Source of the DNA: Micromonospora sonneratiae
GTDB lineage: Bacteria; Actinomycetota; Actinomycetes; Mycobacteriales; Micromonosporaceae
Length of the DNA stretch: 64,000 nt
Direction: 5' to 3'
NCBI RefSeq assembly: GCF_042679305.1
Contig: NZ_JBHTMP010000017.1
Location: 13,551-77,550, forward strand
In this document: piece after piece, positions 59,410-64,000 of the stretch
Position numbering within the stretch: position 1 is the stretch's first letter
Layout: each line of letters opens with the position of its first letter
Program-made: the position numbers and the translations under genes
The notes under the pieces: model-generated
The model's database searches: none
What the model was told of the DNA's origin: nothing
What the model saw: only the letters and a program-made list of their open reading frames with translations

Positions 59410-59609
59410 GGATGGGCTCCTTCCGAGGGGTGGCACCCGGGGTCTCCGGGTCGGTGAGCCGCCGCAGGCGGTGACTTGTCCGCCGTACGGGTTGACGCAA
59501 CGGAACGTTCGGCGTGAATGACCGGACGTTCCGACGCCACACGCTAGGACGAGCGCCATCCATTCACAAGTATCAAACAAAAGTTGACCATCCCGGTCGG
59601 GTCATACGA

Positions 59610-59693
59610 GCCGTCGACCGGGTCGTCACCTGGGTCGTCACCTGGGCCGTCGACCGGGCCGTCACCCGGGCTGTCGAGGCGTCGACCGGGTGG
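59610..59693. repeat. Seven tandem 12-nt units (GTCGTCACCTGG / GCCGTCGACCGG) in the ~400-bp leader of the GDT1-family gene
   Basis: Visible 12-nt periodicity. The region is non-coding (no credible ORF) and also contains a 9-bp inverted repeat at about 59497-59527 and an AT-rich stretch at about 59728-59760. Confidence 0.8.
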
Positions 59694-59818
59694 CGGAACT
59701 GGTGCTTGTTTGGTGGGGAAACAGGCTGTCTGCGTAAAAAGTAGGTAATACTGTTACGGAGGGGCTGGCGTCCCACGTCGCGCTCGTCCCGCACCCGGTC
59801 CGGCCGGGAAGGATCCCG

Positions 59819-60424
59819 ATGACGTACGTACTCGTCGCGCTCGGCACGTTCGTCCTGATCCTGCCGGTGGAGCTGCCGGACAAGACCTTCGTCGCCACCC
59901 TCGTGCTCAGCACCCGCTATCACCCGTTGCCGGTCTGGCTCGGGGCGGTCACGGCGTTCGGGGTGCAGAGCGTCCTCGCGGTCGCGGCGGGCACCCTGTT
60001 CGCCCAACTGCCCCGGCTTCCGGTGGCGCTGGCCGCCGCAGGGCTGTTCGTGATCGGCGGAATGCTGCTGCTGCGCGGCGCGCGACAGGCGGACGCCATG
60101 GAGTCCGAGGAGGAACGGCGGTACGCCGACCAGGTTCCCGTGGGCCGGCGGGGCTGGCGGGCGGCCGGCGCGAGTTTTGTGGTGCTGTTCACTGCCGAGT
60201 GGGGGGACCTGTCCCAACTGCTCACCGCCGGACTGGTGGCCAGTGGGAAGCCACCGGTGGCCGTGTTCGTCGGATCATGGCTGGCGCTGGCGGTGGTCTC
60301 CGGCGCAGCTGTGCTGCTCGGCCGCTGGTTGTTGCGTAGGGTCCGGCTCTCCCTGGTGCGGTATGTCGGGGCCGGACTGTGCTTCGCGCTCGCTATGATC
60401 ACTGCGTTCGGCGCACTCCGCTGA
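59819..60424 (+). CDS. GDT1/TMEM165 (UPF0016) family cation transporter
   Basis: Two E-x-G-D-(K/R)-(T/S) motifs (ELPDKT, EWGDLS) in a 6-TM protein. Confidence 0.85.
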   Translation: MTYVLVALGTFVLILPVELPDKTFVATLVLSTRYHPLPVWLGAVTAFGVQSVLAVAAGTLFAQLPRLPVALAAAGLFVIGGMLLLRGARQADAMESEEERRYADQVPVGRRGWRAAGASFVVLFTAEWGDLSQLLTAGLVASGKPPVAVFVGSWLALAVVSGAAVLLGRWLLRRVRLSLVRYVGAGLCFALAMITAFGALR

Positions 60425-60616
60425 GCGCGGCGGTGCCCTTCGCCGGGCGCGGTGATGTGACCGATTTGGGGCGACAACCGTACCGCGGAGTAACCGGCTA
60501 CCTGCCGCGTGCCGGGATGACCGGTGCGTCACCTGCTCTCCCTGCCAGGTACGCTGGCCTTGCTCGCCCCTCGAGGGGCCGGATCCCCAAACTCCGTACA
60601 CAGTCAGGAGTGCCCC

Positions 60617-60880
60617 GTGCCTCGCGTCGTCGTCGACGTCATGCTCAAGCCGGAGATTCTTGATCCCCAGGGCCAGGCTGTCGCAAACGCGCTGCCGCGG
60701 CTGGGCGTCAACGATGTGTCCTCCGTACGTATCGGCCGCCGGGTCGAGATCGAGTTCTCCGGTGAACCGGACCTCGACCGCGCCCGGGAGATCGCGGACA
60801 AGCTGCTGGCCAACCCGGTGATCGAGGACTTCTCGATCCGGTTGGTCGAGGCGGACGACACCGAGGGCGCTCGGTCGTGA
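60617..60880 (+). CDS. purS: Phosphoribosylformylglycinamidine synthase subunit PurS
   Basis: [19 protein letters not shown]... AGGAG lies 6 nt upstream of the GTG. Confidence 0.9.
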   Translation: MPRVVVDVMLKPEILDPQGQAVANALPRLGVNDVSSVRIGRRVEIEFSGEPDLDRAREIADKLLANPVIEDFSIRLVEADDTEGARS

Positions 60881-61556
60881 CCGCCCGCGTCGGTGTGGTG
60901 ACCTTCCCCGGTTCACTCGACGACGGGGATGCCGCCCGGGCGGTACGGATCGCCGGTGCCGAGGCCGTACGCCTCTGGCACGACGACCCGGACCTGCACG
61001 GCGTCGACGCCGTGGTGCTGCCCGGCGGTTTCTCCTACGGCGACTACCTGCGCTGTGGTGCCATCGCCCGGTTCGCCCCGGTCATGCAGACGATCGTGGC
61101 CGCCGCCCAGGGCGGAATGCCGGTACTCGGCATCTGCAACGGCTTCCAGATCCTGTGCGAGTCGCACCTGCTGCCCGGCGCGTTGACCCGCAACGAGCAC
61201 CTGCACTTCCGCAACCGCGACCAGGTGCTACGCATCGAGTCGGCGGGTACGGCGTGGACCAACGTGTTCCAGCCCGGCCAGGAGGTGCTCGTCCCGGTCA
61301 AGAACGGTGAGGGGCGCTACGTCGCCGACCAGCGCACCCTGGACGAGCTTGAGGCGACCGGTCGGGTGGTGGCCCGCTACGTGGGCGGCAACCCGAACGG
61401 CTCGCAGCGGGACATCGCGGCGATCACCAACGAGGCCGGCAACGTCGTCGGCATCATGCCCCACCCGGAGCACGCCGTGGAGGCGCTGACCGGCCCCTCT
61501 CTCGACGGCCTCGGCTTCTTCACCTCGATCCTCAAGCACCTGGCGGGAGCGCCGGC

Positions 61557-61560
<4 letters not shown>
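60877..61560 (+). CDS. purQ: Phosphoribosylformylglycinamidine synthase subunit PurQ (glutaminase)
   Basis: GVVTFPGS...[14 protein letters not shown]...GICNGFQ. The GTG start overlaps the purS stop (GTGA). Confidence 0.95.

Positions 61561-64000
<2,440 letters not shown>

Overview
This is a 64-kb chromosomal window from a high-GC (about 70-72%) actinomycete. A Micromonosporaceae-like organism is a low-confidence guess from codon usage and protein signatures. Gene density is high, and many gene pairs share overlapping ATGA or GTGA stop/start codons, consistent with translational coupling. No tRNA, rRNA or CRISPR array was recognised. Features by position:

- **2..2059:** 3' part of clpB with a strong terminator hairpin.
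- **3246..7778:** six-gene cluster DUF4178 / hypothetical / DUF4247 / DUF350 / membrane protein / membrane-anchored spermidine-synthase-like aminopropyltransferase.
- **7923..12379:** Pro/Tyr-rich membrane protein, SDR oxidoreductase, pyrE, ArsR regulator, a roughly 600-bp GATC-rich non-coding stretch, DedA.
- **12524..16659:** hen1-pnkp RNA-repair cassette.
- **16797..18373:** ECF sigma factor plus LCP-family protein.
- **18378..21368:** small acidic protein, holin-like protein, class II fructose-bisphosphate aldolase with a GGTAACC-type microsatellite downstream, DUF3151.
- **21564..24885:** MinD/ParA-like ATPase with a very long proline-rich N-terminus, and a hypothetical protein.
- **25011..28794:** purA, a DUF559-like gene flanked by two copies of a 60-bp palindromic element, purD.
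- **28819..38151:** MFS transporter, then NfeD-like / flotillin / giant 1713-aa C-terminal ATPase-motif protein.
- **38167..40451:** SoxR module, with soxR divergent from an FMN-reductase/Old-Yellow-Enzyme operon and a candidate sox box.
- **40462..43053:** acyl-CoA dehydrogenase, SCP2, TetR regulator, small membrane protein.
- **43265..47322:** four-gene operon NrtR-like NUDIX / J-domain kinase-like protein / VWA protein / divergent PurA-like enzyme. This is the most novel-looking system in the window.
- **47407..51722:** membrane protein, MaoC dehydratase, FabG4-like reductase, thiolase.
- **51792..64000:** ArsR/MFS pair, large membrane protein, secreted protein, YidD, purB, YbjQ, S1 protease, a GDT1/TMEM165 transporter preceded by 12-nt tandem repeats, and purS-purQ-purL (purL truncated at the window end).
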